From the NCBI GenBank assembly GCA_002633005.1, contig NMRA01000557.1:19679-83678 (forward strand): a DNA stretch of 64,000 nucleotides, in the 5' to 3' direction. Under the pieces are notes generated by a model. That model had not been told where the DNA came from, did no database searches, and worked only from the letters and a program-made list of their open reading frames with translations. Every line of letters begins with the position of its first letter. Position 1 is the stretch's first letter. This DNA is from Phoronis australis (Eukaryota > Animalia > Phoronida). Made by a program: the position numbers and the translations under genes. Positions 41,831 through 54,878 of the stretch are shown one piece after another.

Positions 41831-44276
41831 TGTTTATATTGTAATCCCAACTTGTACGAGGAATTCATAGTTGCCCCTCGGAAAATGCAAGCTAGCCTCT
41901 AGATTACTTAATGACCATTCTTAATGTTTCCCAAATTATAGACCGGAATAGCACTTTGAGGTTTCACTTCAAAAGAATTGTTTGTTTGACTAGTGTAATG
42001 TATACCTTATTCTCCAATACCGAATTGTCATATTTCCATAGCCTTCTTCCTTTATTTATATTATTAAATTGCAGAAGAACGGTGCTTCGATCTATACAAT
42101 GTAACTATTCATTGCATCAATGCCCCGGTCTGCACATGGCGTATAAAAGGCGTTGCTTTAAATTATGCTGCTTCTGATAAAACGGTTACATGTATTATAT
42201 CATTGTTATTAGTACTGCTCTTTCCGTTGCCCTGTGGATACACTTTCATGTAAACGTGTTATGCAAAAACACCGCAATAAAGATAAAGTAAAACAGCAAC
42301 AACAACATTTTGCCAAACAACAAGTTTTTGAAAATCTGTGATTTTCGTTTTCAATTTCAGCCCTTGCATTAAACTACTATCAGACGTTTCTTGTTTGAAC
42401 TAATCGGTTTAGCACTACTGTTCAATAAGATTGCTCAGATCCGTCCGTCAAGTACTCTTTATCGTTTCTTGGAGTGACCCGGAAAAATGGGAAGGCATAT
42501 ATAAAACACTTCAGCATCTTAGTGATTTCAAATGTCATGCTAACTATCTGATTTATTTCCATTGAGCTTTGTGTGCTTTTGTTGGTATTCCTCTAACTCC
42601 GCAAGATTTCCTTTCGCATTCATTAGTTTGGTCGTGTTATTGCTCTTTATTATATGTTTATTTTATGTATGTATGAGCCTAGATATGATGATTTGTTTTC
42701 TGGGATAACTCTTTTAACTGACATTGCCTTGTCTCATGCATGTACTTGCGTCGCAATCAAACGCAAGTGCTATCATACATGCAGTCCCCCAAACCCAGCT
42801 GAATTTGATTCATGAAATAATCTGAACTGCTGAACCTCTCAACATCGACTTGGCAAGAAGATTGATCCTTATTTGGATATGTACATATTAGAGCACCGAT
42901 GTTGAAATAGCACAAATTAATACAAATACAAATACAAATACGGTTGCTCTTAACGAAATGGCGTTAAAGTGTTATCAGTACTCAAGGTCTTGTTACACGA
43001 ATTCAGACTCGAGAACTGTTTTGAAGTTACTTCGAAAGTCATGGGAGTAATAAAACAAGAACAAATGAAATACAAGCAAAAACGAAAGAACAACATTTAT
43101 GCCACACGCGTTCGTGCAATACCGCGTCGGCGCAATAACTCAAAAGGTTATTTCACAGCCACAGGACAGTTACGGTTACTAAACGGGGAATAAAATAGGG
43201 TAGGTGAAAGATATGGGTAAAACTGAAATAATTTTATGTGAAAAAATGTGCTAAACTACACGTGTGTTCTATGTGGGAGCTTTACTAGCATTGATTGCTG
43301 CGCCCGAAGTAACGTAAATGCACACGTCGCACCAACTTCGGTTGAATTTCTTATACAAATAACTGGCTTATGTCACACCTTATTGACATTGTCTGCGTGT
43401 CAAGTCATAACCAGTAAAAGCAAATGTCTACCGAAAGGAGAACGTTTGTAGGATTTATTTTTTGACGTTTGATCAATCTGCCATTTTCATTGTAACACAA
43501 GTATAAAACAATAAGCAATATTACAGAAAGTTCACGCAGAAAACGAATCATTATATCTATTCTGATATAAACAACGATTAGTTCTTTATGTAAAATATAA
43601 TAACGAGAAATAAGATCAAGAACATAACGAAAGTAAAGGATACAGAATTGAAAGACTGACATATAACAAAAATTAAAAGCTCAATGTCATATTAAAAATG
43701 AAATCACCAAAGTTTAATAGTGACTAAGCATTACTGCTTTAATCTAAATTGACTAGGAAGGTACCATTTACTAAATCTGATATTTTTCAATTCTATGACT
43801 GACTTTATCAAAGTGAGACCAGATCTGATCATTGGATTAGAGGCCTCGAAAGAGCCGTTCACATTCAGCATTATTGGCGATACGTGTGACCAAATAATGA
43901 GTTAATCACTATTAGTTGCATTACAGAAACACTTATTTGCAAAATGAGGATAGAAACTTTGTGTGTTGCGGTATAACTCCGCTCTCAATCGGCTTACAAG
44001 AGCTACTTTTTCACGTGATCGACATAATTCAGTAGTAGGTAATAGAGGAGTTAGACTGTCAACCGTGAGAAATAATGAAACGCAATGTTTTAACGATGAC
44101 ATTGATGGGGGTACTTTAAGTTCCAGTGTTGAACTTGTCCACAAAAGCAAACCGGCAATAATTGGAGATTTTCTGAATTATTGATAGTCATGTCGGAGAA
44201 TTATTTATTCAATATTAGTAATTCTATGCTGTATATCAATATAAGATGTTTCACGTTCACGTGTACATAGGTTAAT

Positions 44277-46312
44277 TGACCTATCGCTAGGATTATGACG
44301 GACGGCTAAACTGACCAATCAGAACGCAGCATTATTGGCACACCTTCGTCAGCGTTTCCAAGCAGCCATTTTACCCGACAAACCACACGCAGTTGAGTAA
44401 AACTTACTTTAGTCTATAGCTCAAGACATTGTCCGCTAAGAATGGGGAAACGGTGTTGATATGATGTGTGTAGCACCGACAGCCGTTATAATGCACCAGA
44501 ATAATACCCCGTCATTTTTTGGCATGTCCTAAGCCGAAAAATGATGTTGAAAAGCGTAAACTATGGAACAAACTGTACGGCCACACGAGCAGCTGAACTT
44601 AGCGATGTTGCTTGATAACTCGAAAACTATAATAAACATAAATATGTTAGTTCCAAGATACGCACTTTTCAGCTTGGTGGCTATGGTGCAGGGCTATCTA
44701 GATTTTGACTCCCGAGTTGGCTACGTCTGGCCGCCTTTGTCTCGGCACCTGCTGGATCTCAGCACTTCAGCGGTAGTCCCCGGAAATTGTTGTTTTCAAA
44801 GACAATTTTTATTTTATGTTTTTTATTTATTTCAACCTAATGGACATTATTTTGTTTCGTATCAGACGTTACACAGTTTTGTTATTCATAAACCATAAGC
44901 TGGCGTTCAACTGAACTTCTCTCCCGGTCAAAATTCAGAGATTCGATCGGCACAGGGAAGGGCACTGGATTACTGCCGGAACTCAAAGCCTTGGTCGAGC
45001 TGTTATCAGTCACTACTTTTTTGACGTGTACCTCTAGTATACACTATGTCTGAAGAGTTAGAGAGAGCTCATTCTGGAGTGGTTCAAACATGATATTTAA
45101 ATTTATGAAGCCTTAAAAAAGAATTTGAGTTATTTTTGTAAACACCCTATTTTTGCAACTACCACACCAGACTTGTAATCTTTTGTAACCATACCACGAC
45201 TTAGTGATCCATGCTATCTTCAAAATTAAATGAAAGCTACCTTTATGGAATGAAACTACAAAAAATGCCAAGTTCATAAGAAGGTAGGCCTAATTTAAAT
45301 GTCTTAATTGTGCAAACGGACAATTCCATAGGCGGATTTAGAGGGGGGAGGGCAGGGGCCCCAGCCCCCCCCCTTGGCTGCCGCAAGCAAAATGAAACAG
45401 CAAGAGCGTGAGGAAATATTGAGTTCAGTAACTAGGACCGGTAGCAGAAGAGAGGGGCTCAGACCCCAGATCGCAGCGGAATCGTGTTCCTGATTTTTTT
45501 ATTTTTTAGTCCACCGATAGATTTTCTGAACAAATGTTCCAACGGTCTACATCCCTGGCCGCCTGTGCACATACAATCGCACTTTGCCCAATTCCACGAG
45601 GCAACATATGTTGGGCCCCCCCTGTAGTATCCTAGATCCGCCACTGAATTCCAGACATTAATTTTACTAAGACACAGTCCTAGACTTACCGGAGGACGAG
45701 ATGAGTGTGTACCTGAGCTATGAACCTGAATTTTTTATCAAAATATTTCGTTACAAGATTAGAAAAGCTATCCAGTCGATCTAATCAGAGACTATAGTGC
45801 ATGTGTTGTCTGTAATCTATGACTTACTTTACTCCAGGAATCCCACCAGTTGTGACCTACTTTTCATTTGGCGAAATTTAGCAGACGACAGAATAAAAAT
45901 ATCGGTGAATCTTCACTGATTTTATTCGAAAGATCATGAAATCTATGGAATCGTATAGATAATTCGACTTTAAGGTACATACCCAGCTTTACAAGAACAT
46001 ATCGTATCTGTGGCCTTGTCATTTGTCAGGTGAAGGTGTCCCCGAGGCCGAGGGGTTCTTCGGATTTTCGCTGGCTCCTCGAGCATTTATTTTTTCATCG
46101 TCATCTTTACAAATTCCCATATCATGAACGTACGATTCACTGTTGAAAAGCATCGCCTTTTGTCTCTGCCGATGCGTTTTCAAATAGTGCAAAAACACTC
46201 ACCGATTCCACCAGGAACGTCGTTTAGCGACAGTGTATTTGCCTCTGACATTTCGTTCGAATGTCGGGCATCACGTGACTTTTCGCATAGGGGCGGAGCT
46301 TGCAATAGATCA
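44277..46312. mobile_element. ISL2EU-like deletion derivative, copy 1
   Basis: aat|tgacctatcgc..gcaatagatca|att. THAP relic on + (MGKRC*YDVCSTDSRY..PKPKNDVEK.KLW..PHEQLN..KYV.SK); SWIM-type relic on - ending CSCKAG|gtatgt; contains the 45327-45646 MITE. Confidence 0.8.
45327..45646 (-). mobile_element. CA..TG MITE with 5-bp TSD
   Basis: cataggcggattta..tagatccgccactg; TSD aattc on both sides. Confidence 0.9.
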
Positions 46313-46429
46313 ATTGTAGCTAACTTTGACAAAACATTACTTCTACGAATAACTTTACATAAGTAAATAATCAAGTGCTATTTTTTAACTGAGGAAAGGA
46401 AGTACAAATAAGAATTCCCAAGCGCCTAC

Positions 46430-46526
46430 TACTGCTGCTACTGATGGTGATGATGATGATGATGATGATGACGACGATGATGATGACGACGATGATGATG
46501 ACGACGATGATGATGACGCTGATGGT
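46430..46526. repeat. (GAT)n/(GAC)n microsatellite
   Basis: Trinucleotide run seen directly. Confidence 0.95.
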
Positions 46527-47305
46527 GGCAATTCTAATTGTAATAAATAATGAATTTTTAATGAGTAAAGAAATCATCAATGTAGCCAATGTCATCGAAT
46601 AAAACAATGCACGCCAATTAGCTTCTGGTAAATCAGAAGATTTTTGTCATCACGATCCATGAGGTTTTGTAAATTTTGGGCTCATCTGCGTCCAAGATGG
46701 CACGACTCAAACGAGCGTGTACAAGTATGTCAAGGTGGCCTGAGTTTCCATAGCATGGCCAACCCGGCAGTAACGTCACAGTTGAGTTAAGTCTAACCTA
46801 ATCTCGCGTTATTGTTAGAAACTCGCAAAAGGACTATTCAGTCAGGTAATACAAGGCTTACTGGATGCAGTCCCACGTGTAGGTAGGCTTGGTTGGGCCA
46901 CAAAACATCAACAAGGTTAACACGTGTACCTGTTTGATTGGCAATATGTCTCATCTGAACCATGATGTGTTACAGGCATTTAAGTCACCATTCGTCAAAA
47001 TATCGAGATTTCATAACGAAGAAAATTGCTGGGATAAGCATGGGCGGCGCAACACTGAAGAAAGTGGGGATCATTTTCACGAAAGACGTCGCTCTAGTCG
47101 GTTGGCGACTAGTCTTTCACATATGGCACATCACATTTACAAAATACCGCGAAAAATAGGCGATGAGGCTGGATCAATTGAAGCAATTTTAAAACGAAAA
47201 ACATCATTGAAACGGTTTAGTTATCACTAAGACGTGAACATAAAAAGTTCACTGTGCGATTAAAATAAAACTAGCAGAAGAAGCACATTTGACAGGTTAA
47301 CTAAT

Positions 47306-48562
47306 AGCGGATTTGCAGCGACGCCATATCGAAATTAGGTTAATATGGTGCATTGTGGGTGCTGTGGTCAGGATTCCGAATGCGGCCATAGTATCAAGCG
47401 GTATGAGCGCGAAGAAAACTTACGGCGGATACACTTGTTGTGTTCCTGGCTGCTTCAAAAACAACAAGAGAGATAAAATCTGAGTTTTTATGTGTTCCCT
47501 GCAAACCAAGAACTTTGTGAAAAATGGATAAACAACATTAGGAGAGCTGGGAGTAAGGGGAGATTTAGCGCATTCAAACCAACGCGGGGCCATCTAGTAG
47601 GCAACACGTAGCCCCTCGGTTGGCCATATAGGGGCTACAATACTTCCATTCGCTTTCTGTATTCATTTCGTTACTTCCGAGTATTTTAAAGTGGCCGTGA
47701 CCGGATTTGGCATACCGATTTCGAGTTTTCACCTGGTCAAAAATACAATATACAATTAAAACTTTAAAAAACACTTACTTTCATCATTGGTCCTTTCTAC
47801 TTCTACACATATCTTTGATGAAGCTTAGTTGTGAGAATTAAGTTGACTTTGGTGAAGAATTACAACTTCACTTTTTTGGTTGCCGTTAATATTATCACCG
47901 CGTGCGCGATAACCACAAAGCAAGTCAACTGAATCACATGAGTTAGGCAAAGGTTAGCGCGAGACTGACGAAGTGCGTGACGCTAGCGCGCGACACTTGT
48001 AAAATAGCATGAGAAGGTATCGGGTGAAAGTTGTAAGATGTGTATCCCTTGGACTTTTTATTCGTCAACATGCGTAATTTCGCGGCATCCAGTGCGATGT
48101 AGTAATTGCCTAGGGGCCATCGTGTGTGCAGCGAACATTTTCCTGGTGGAAAAAAGACTTATGAGAGCGACATTCGGACAGAGTTTCCTCTTAAAATTAA
48201 CGTCTCTAGCATATCCACGGCGAAAGCTTCAAAAGTTAAGCAACCCAAGAACTCTCAACTTGTCGGAAACCGGAGGAGATTTCGAAATCAACGCCGATGA
48301 ACATGACGACGGTCGTGCCCTCGGTCACACGGTCACTGATCATAGCTACATGTACGCTGTGTTTACAAACGAGAGAAAGGACTTGCTTGGTATTATAAAG
48401 CAAAAAAAATGAAACATGGTTTTTAGTTTGCAAATCACTCCAAATGCACACAGTATCCAGCCTGCTCAAGAGATGCCTGACCACAAGCTATCCCATGAGC
48501 CTTCGCAAAGGAAGTAACTCGCACATGCGCAATGCGTAATTCGTCTGCGCTGCAAATCCGCT
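47306..48562 (+). mobile_element. ISL2EU-like non-autonomous element with disrupted THAP gene
   Basis: Perfect inverted ends aatagcggatttgcagcg / cgctgcaaatccgctatt. From ATG 47403: MSAKKTYGGYTCCVPGCFKNNKRDK/LSFYVFPANQELCEKWINNIRR..FKPTRGH[insert]RVCSEHFPGGKKTY. Confidence 0.85.
47594..48112 (+). mobile_element. Family B hairpin-ended element inserted in the THAP domain
   Basis: 8-bp TSD ggggccat (47586-47593 and 48113-48120); removing the insert restores the THAP reading frame; taggcaa..ttgccta near the ends. Confidence 0.85.
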
Positions 48563-49224
48563 ATTGTGCTTTCACGCTCCCACACTGAACTGCAATTTGT
48601 TTGCTTATTAGCCCTGTAGTTCACCAAACTTAAGTAGGTCTTTCCCGTGCACTAATGGACCTATCGCCAGGATTATGACGGACGGCTTAATTGACCAATC
48701 AGAACGCAGCATTCTTGGCACACCTTCATCTGCGTTTCCAAGCCGTCATTTTACCCAAAAAACCACACGTAGTCGAGTTAAACTTAGTTTAGTTTATAGC
48801 TCAAGAAATTGTCCGCTAAGAATGGAGAAACGGTGTTGATATGGCGTGTGTAGCACCGACAGCCGTTATGCTGCTCCAGAATAATATCCCATCATTTTTG
48901 GCATGTCCTATGCCGAAAATTGATGTTGAAAAGCGTAAACTATGGATCAAACTCTAGGGCCACACGAGCAGCTGAACATAGCGATGTTGCTTGATAACTA
49001 GAAGGCTATAATAAACACAAATATATTAGTTCCAAGATAGGCACTTTTCAGCTTGGTGGCTATGGTGCAGGGCTATCTCAGATCTTGACTCCCCAGTTTC
49101 CTAAGGCGTCTGGCCGCCTTTGTCTCGGCACCTGCTGAATCTCAGCACTCTAGCGGTAGACCCCGGAAATTGTTGTATTCAAGGACATTTTTATTTTATG
49201 TTTTTTTTATTTATTGTAACCTAA

Positions 49225-49526
49225 ATATAGATTATTACATGGCGGAGTCGTCATCCCCCGTTATCTAGAGCCCGAGTGGATTTTGGAGAATTATCGCCTG
49301 AGGGGCGTATTTATACCACATACTGAACGAGAAACATTGCAATGAATCGATCTACCTTTCTCTACTCGCCTCGGCTTTGTAACTACTTTCTATGTCAAGA
49401 GGCCCGGGGTCGGAAGTCGTGACCTTTTAAGAAAAGCCGAGATATTTTTGTCATCTCACTAGTGAGATAACTTTATGGGTTATTACCCTGTTGTATCTGC
49501 CATTCGAGGCTAATATTGTGGTGAAA
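49225..49526. mobile_element. ~300-bp unclassified insertion absent from copy 1
   Basis: Copy 1 reads aacctaatggacatt uninterrupted (~44835-44849); no clear TIR. Confidence 0.6.
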
Positions 49527-49818
49527 TGGACATTTTTTTGTTTCGTATCAGAGGTACATTTTTGTTATTCACAAACCGTAGGCTGTCGTTCAACTGAACT
49601 TCTCTCCCGGACAAAATTTAGAGATTTGATCGGCACAGGGAAGGGCACTGGATTACTGCCGGAATTCAAAACCTTGGTCGAGCTGTTGTAACTGAAAATA
49701 AACTGTTCAATTGTTTTTGACCTGTACCTCTAGTATACACTATGTCTGTAGACTCGGAGTTAGAGAGAGCTCATTTTGAAGTTGTTCAAACATTATATTT
49801 AGATTGATGAAGGTTTAA

Positions 49819-51792
49819 GGTAGGTGGATACACAAAAAAAATAATTTTGACTGTTTTTTACATGTTTATGTTATCCTATCTTTAATTCTTGATGCACAGT
49901 ATAATAAAGAAAAATAAAATCATTCTGAAAATCCAAAGTTGTTTTTAGCTATATTTGACCAAACCTCAGTTAGTCATATGGCTTGAGTGCTCACCAGCTC
50001 AGTGATTGACAACTGGGGCGGAGCTTATATACAAGGACACTAGCTCTAATCTGACCCTGTCAACAAGCATTGCGTAACGGGGCAATCGAGAGTGATGTAC
50101 CAGCTGATATTGTTGTTGTAGCAAGACCAAGAACAAAACAATTCTATTTTTGACCATGTGAAAGTTGGTAGTGAAATGGTGAACTAGCTCCTGTTCCGAG
50201 CCTGAGCCTGTTTGTCTATCTGCAAAAAATTAAGTTGAGTACGCCAAGCCCTACCGAAGCCATCACTGTACTCAGCTTGAGGAGTCCGTGCAAAAATTGT
50301 GTATGTATATAACAGAAGTCGGTAATATAAGGTCAGGTGTCTTGCGAGAGGACGCCGAATGTCGACGTGGGTGGTGTTGCACGATTCGGTGAGAGTGCAT
50401 GCACGCGCTCTGAAGAAAAGCCGCGCGCGCGACACATGGACAACTACATGCCGTCAGAGTAGTGTCTTCGCAGATAAACCGGCTTCTGTGCTGGGAACGC
50501 GCCGTGGAGAAACTAGGCTGTCAGACCCAGAGGGTTTTTAAGTTGCCACTGGCCGTAACCCAGAGAATTAGAGAAATGACTCAGTGTTCAATATAAAAAA
50601 ATCTAGTGCATAGATTCAAACGTAACCCTGAATTAAAACTCATGATATTATACCATTTTAAAGGAAAGCAATATAAGAAACTTTAGTAACTTAAGAATCT
50701 CACCCAAGCGGCGCTATTTGCGCAGAAAGTGATATTTTCTTATCCCAGAGTCCATTCGGTACAGGCACGTAAAAATGTTGAATCATTACTATGAAAGTAG
50801 TTCTTTATCCTAGTCGCCAATATTGTTATGTACATGTAGGCAGTAACGCTGTGATTTGATATACCACATAATATATTATATTGGTTGATAATATTGGAAT
50901 ACTAACAAATAGGTTTGTGTAATCCAGTTAGAGAGTCTTTTACAAACTTAGTGGAGAGTTCAGATGAATCGTATAAACAATCAACATATGGTTTTAATGT
51001 GTGGTCGGCACACCAGTACAGCAGACAATAGATCAACGCTAAGCTCCGCCCAAGTGACAGACATATTTGTTTTGGTCGTCTGTCGTGCTTCACAAGTTCG
51101 AAAAAATGATTAAAATTACGCTGTAAACAAACAGGTATGTCACATTTTCTAAATATGAAGTAAATATCAGCTTTATTTCTAGTACTTCAACAAAAATTGG
51201 AACATAATGACCGCGCATTCTGAACGAAATTTGATCTCAAGTGGCAATCGATGACCGCTTAACTTCAAAGCCGTTTTTCTCGGCTCGTGATTTCAGGATA
51301 GTGCCAAGATTCTCGGGCCTATTTTTCCACAACACGTGCGTCAATTTTTACGAAAGTTGCAAATTTGAAATCCTCTAGGACTGAAGTAAAATCGCGTGCC
51401 AGGGTTTTTTGATAAATGGACCAGATTTTTAGTTATTAGACGGAAAGTGACCAAATGACAAAAAGTGGCGTGCTTGCCCCAACTCACACACAAAAAATGC
51501 CACAACATCAAGATCATAATGATTTTGTACATATATTTGGTATGGATAAGTAGAATATTGCGTAAGGAAACAGTTGATGATGATCCCTGTGCATTTTGAA
51601 AAAAAAAATTCAAGGTAAAATTGTATTTTTTAAAAATTAAAAAATACGATTTTTTAAAAAAAACGAACTACAAAAAAGTTTTTTTTTCCATTTTTGTTAC
51701 TTTCAGAGTCATGTCTAACTAGTTAAAACTTCCTTTTTACTCATCTTTTTTTAGTTAGGAACATGGAGATTTGACCAGTGTATACACCTACC
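49819..51792. mobile_element. Non-autonomous Kolobok element
   Basis: TTAA TSD; TIR GGTAGGTGGATACAC / GTGTATACACCTACC (14/15); empty TTAA site in copy 1 at ~45113. Confidence 0.85.
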
Positions 51793-53355
51793 TTAAAAAA
51801 GAATTTGAGTTATTTTTGTAAATACCCTATTTTTGCAACTACCACACCAGACTTGTAATCTTTTGTAACCATACCACGACTTAGTGATCATGCTATCTTC
51901 AAAATTAAATGGAAGCTACCTTTATGGAATGAAACTACAAAAAAATGCCAAGTTCATAAGAAGGTAGGCCTAATTTAAAAGTCTTAATGGTGCAAACGAA
52001 GAATTCCATAGGCGGATTTAGGGGGGGGGGGGGCAGGGGCCCCAGCCCCCCCTCCTTGGCTGCCACAAGCAAAATGAAACAGCAAGAGCGTGAGGAAATA
52101 TTGAGTTCAGTAACTAAGACCGGTAGCGAAAGAGGGGGGGGCTCAGACCCCAGATCGCAGCGGAATCGTGTTCCTGTTTTTTTTTTTAGTCCACCTGTGG
52201 GCGGTGCTAGCGGGTTAACTAGATGAGGTGGCTCGATGTGCTGAGCAGAGAGCTGATAGAGAGCGTCTTAATGCTTCGATATATTTAATCAAACTGAGTT
52301 CTACAAGATACATACATCTGTTAAGTTCCAAGAAATGATTCATGCCCAAATACATATACATTGTGGTTAAGAGAGGAAGAGAGGATGGGTTACAAAGAAA
52401 GACTGAACACACACAGAGTGAAAGTTGCATAATAATTAATAGTTCGTAGTGTACATTCTTGAGGTATAGAAAATCACACAAAACAGGAAACCTGAATTAA
52501 GCATTGGACGTCAAGTCTGTCATTAAAAACAATAAATGTAATTGATTTTATAATTGATTATAAACATCCCTAAACCATGTTTGACATTCTCCCCGCCCCA
52601 GATAAAGATGAAAACCAAAAATTACAGAAACAAGCTGAAAAACTGAAAAAATGCGATAGATTTTCTGAACATAAGGTCCAACGGTCTACATCCCTGGCCC
52701 CTGCAACTTTCGGGCCGCCTGTGCACATACAAAACTCACTTGCGAGTTTCTCGTTAGTCAATGTGACGTCACCGGAAAACTGGCAAAACCGGCCATATTG
52801 CTCTTGTTTGGCCTCGAGTCTTTGCTACACACTCTAAATTTTACTGGAGTTCTTATGGTGAATTTTACACTTAAAACGTTAACACAACTTAAAAGATGGT
52901 AGATGGATCGTGGAATCACTGTGAAAGAACGAAGAAAATGTGAACTTGTTATGTTGTGCGAAGCTGTGAACGGACTGAAATTGGAACTCAACCCGGTCTA
53001 GGCCTGAATGCCGCAGGCATACAGGGGCGATAGTTTATCCCCATAAAAAGTTATTACTCACTTCAAAATACAGCAAATAAAATCAAATGAAACATGCATA
53101 TGTGCACATGGAGTTATAATTAATTAACACATACCCAGACTCATATAACTTGAACCTAACCATGAAAACCTCGCGGTTCGCTCAAGTTTCTCTCACGGGG
53201 CGCCATTTTGAGGAAGTTACGTGAAATCATGAACAATAAGTCCAAGGAACACAATTCTTACAAATTCACTTGATATGTTCTCATGTTATTTTGCAAGTGT
53301 CGCGCCAGGTCTCGCGCTTCACTCAGTCTCGCGCTAGCCTTTGCCTCATACTCAC

Positions 53356-53945
53356 CTCGCTGGTTCCCTGCGTGCTTAGCCCAGCCAGCACGCAGGTATC
53401 ACCTAGTGGCACGCGCTTTAGCATTGGTCGATGTAATCTTGGCAGTCATTGGTTAGCTTTACAACACCTTGAAAAAATGGCGAACTGTGAACGATTTTTA
53501 GCCTTGTCATGCAAGTGGCGTCGCAGCAACTATTTCGTTTCTGCAGCGATGTTTAATAGCCGCGTGCTTGAAACACATACATGCACAATAAACACACATT
53601 ATGTGGCCGATTTAACCGGTGTGTTATTCATAGTGTATAAGGACATTATCGTAAACAAAAGTCATCGACAGTAGAAAGATGCATTTCGAAAAGGCTCAGT
53701 CACAATTTCTAGGCTTCACATTTCCTGAACATAAATTTTAAGCACCGATTTGTCTGTACAACAGACCACATTTACACTTGAGTCCATCAGCCATGCCAGT
53801 TTGTTTGCGCAAAGCGCTGCCTGTTGACGAATCGACTAGCCAATCAGAAACGCCGGTGTAAAAAAATTTACAGAGGAAATTTAAGTGATACCTGCGTGCT
53901 GGCGCGGCTACCGCCCCACCTAGCGGCACGCAGGGAACCAGCGAG
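53356..53945. mobile_element. Mutator/MULE-type MITE
   Basis: Perfect 20-bp TIR ctcgctggttccctgcgtgc and perfect 9-bp TSD catactcac. Confidence 0.9.
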
Positions 53946-54058
53946 CATACTCACCTGACCAGTTGAACTACTTTGCGGTTATCGCGCGCGCGGTTTAAGT
54001 TAACAGTAACCACAATGTGGAGTTGGAATTCTTCGCCAAAGTCACCTGAATTCCCCTA

Positions 54059-54878
54059 CAGTCAAGTGACCTAATTATCGGACGTTTTGGCACATTTTGC
54101 ATTATATTTAATTGAAAATATTACGGATTGTTGTAAATTCTTTGCTGAAATAAAGATTTACCTTCACGGAATTGTTCTGTTACTATATCTTGTCACTGAA
54201 AGCCACATTTATGTTCCGACTGATCTTCAAAAAACACAACAACCAAACCTTCGGAGAACCTAAATATCGGACACCATGTTTCTCCATACGCCACACCGCG
54301 GAAAACTGACTAACCACGTAATGGCCGCGGGCACCTTGTCGCCAAATTTCAGCTCAAGTGTTTTGACATATATGCTGCTGAACCCAGGTCCATTCGCAAC
54401 AAAATTATCCATGAAATGAAATCTGATGACGGCGCCAAGTCGTTTCGATGAATTAGTGCAGACGACTGAAGCACGTGCAAACTCACTGCAGTTTTTAGTA
54501 TCACGTAGGCTTATTGATATGACACCCGCACGTGCGCGGTCGGGGTTTGACTTGACTTTAAAAACGAACGAAAAAATGGAACAGTGACATATTGTCAGTT
54601 CAATGAGATGGTTTCATTGTGGAAAAAGATTTTATTTTCAACTTTTATTACCGATTTATGCGATCGTCCATTTTAGGCCGACTTGGGGGTCTAAATTGCA
54701 CCCTCTCTCGGTGAAATCAAAACGAGGCAACGCTGTAAAACACGAGACGGTGCCGGACATTGAATGCATTACAACGGAACAACAATTGGTGTCATTTAAT
54801 TCTCTGATTATGCTTCAAGTAAGATTTTTTGAAATGTCCGATATTTAGGTTCCGTCCGATAATTAGGTACACTATGTG
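54059..54878. mobile_element. Tc1/mariner-pogo-type MITE
   Basis: TA flanks; ta|cagtcaagtgacctaattatcggac..gtccgataattaggtacactatgtg|ta. Confidence 0.75.

Noticed and set aside
46371-46607. Poly-Ile hydrophobic ORF resembling a membrane peptide
   Set aside because: Translation of a (GAT)n microsatellite.
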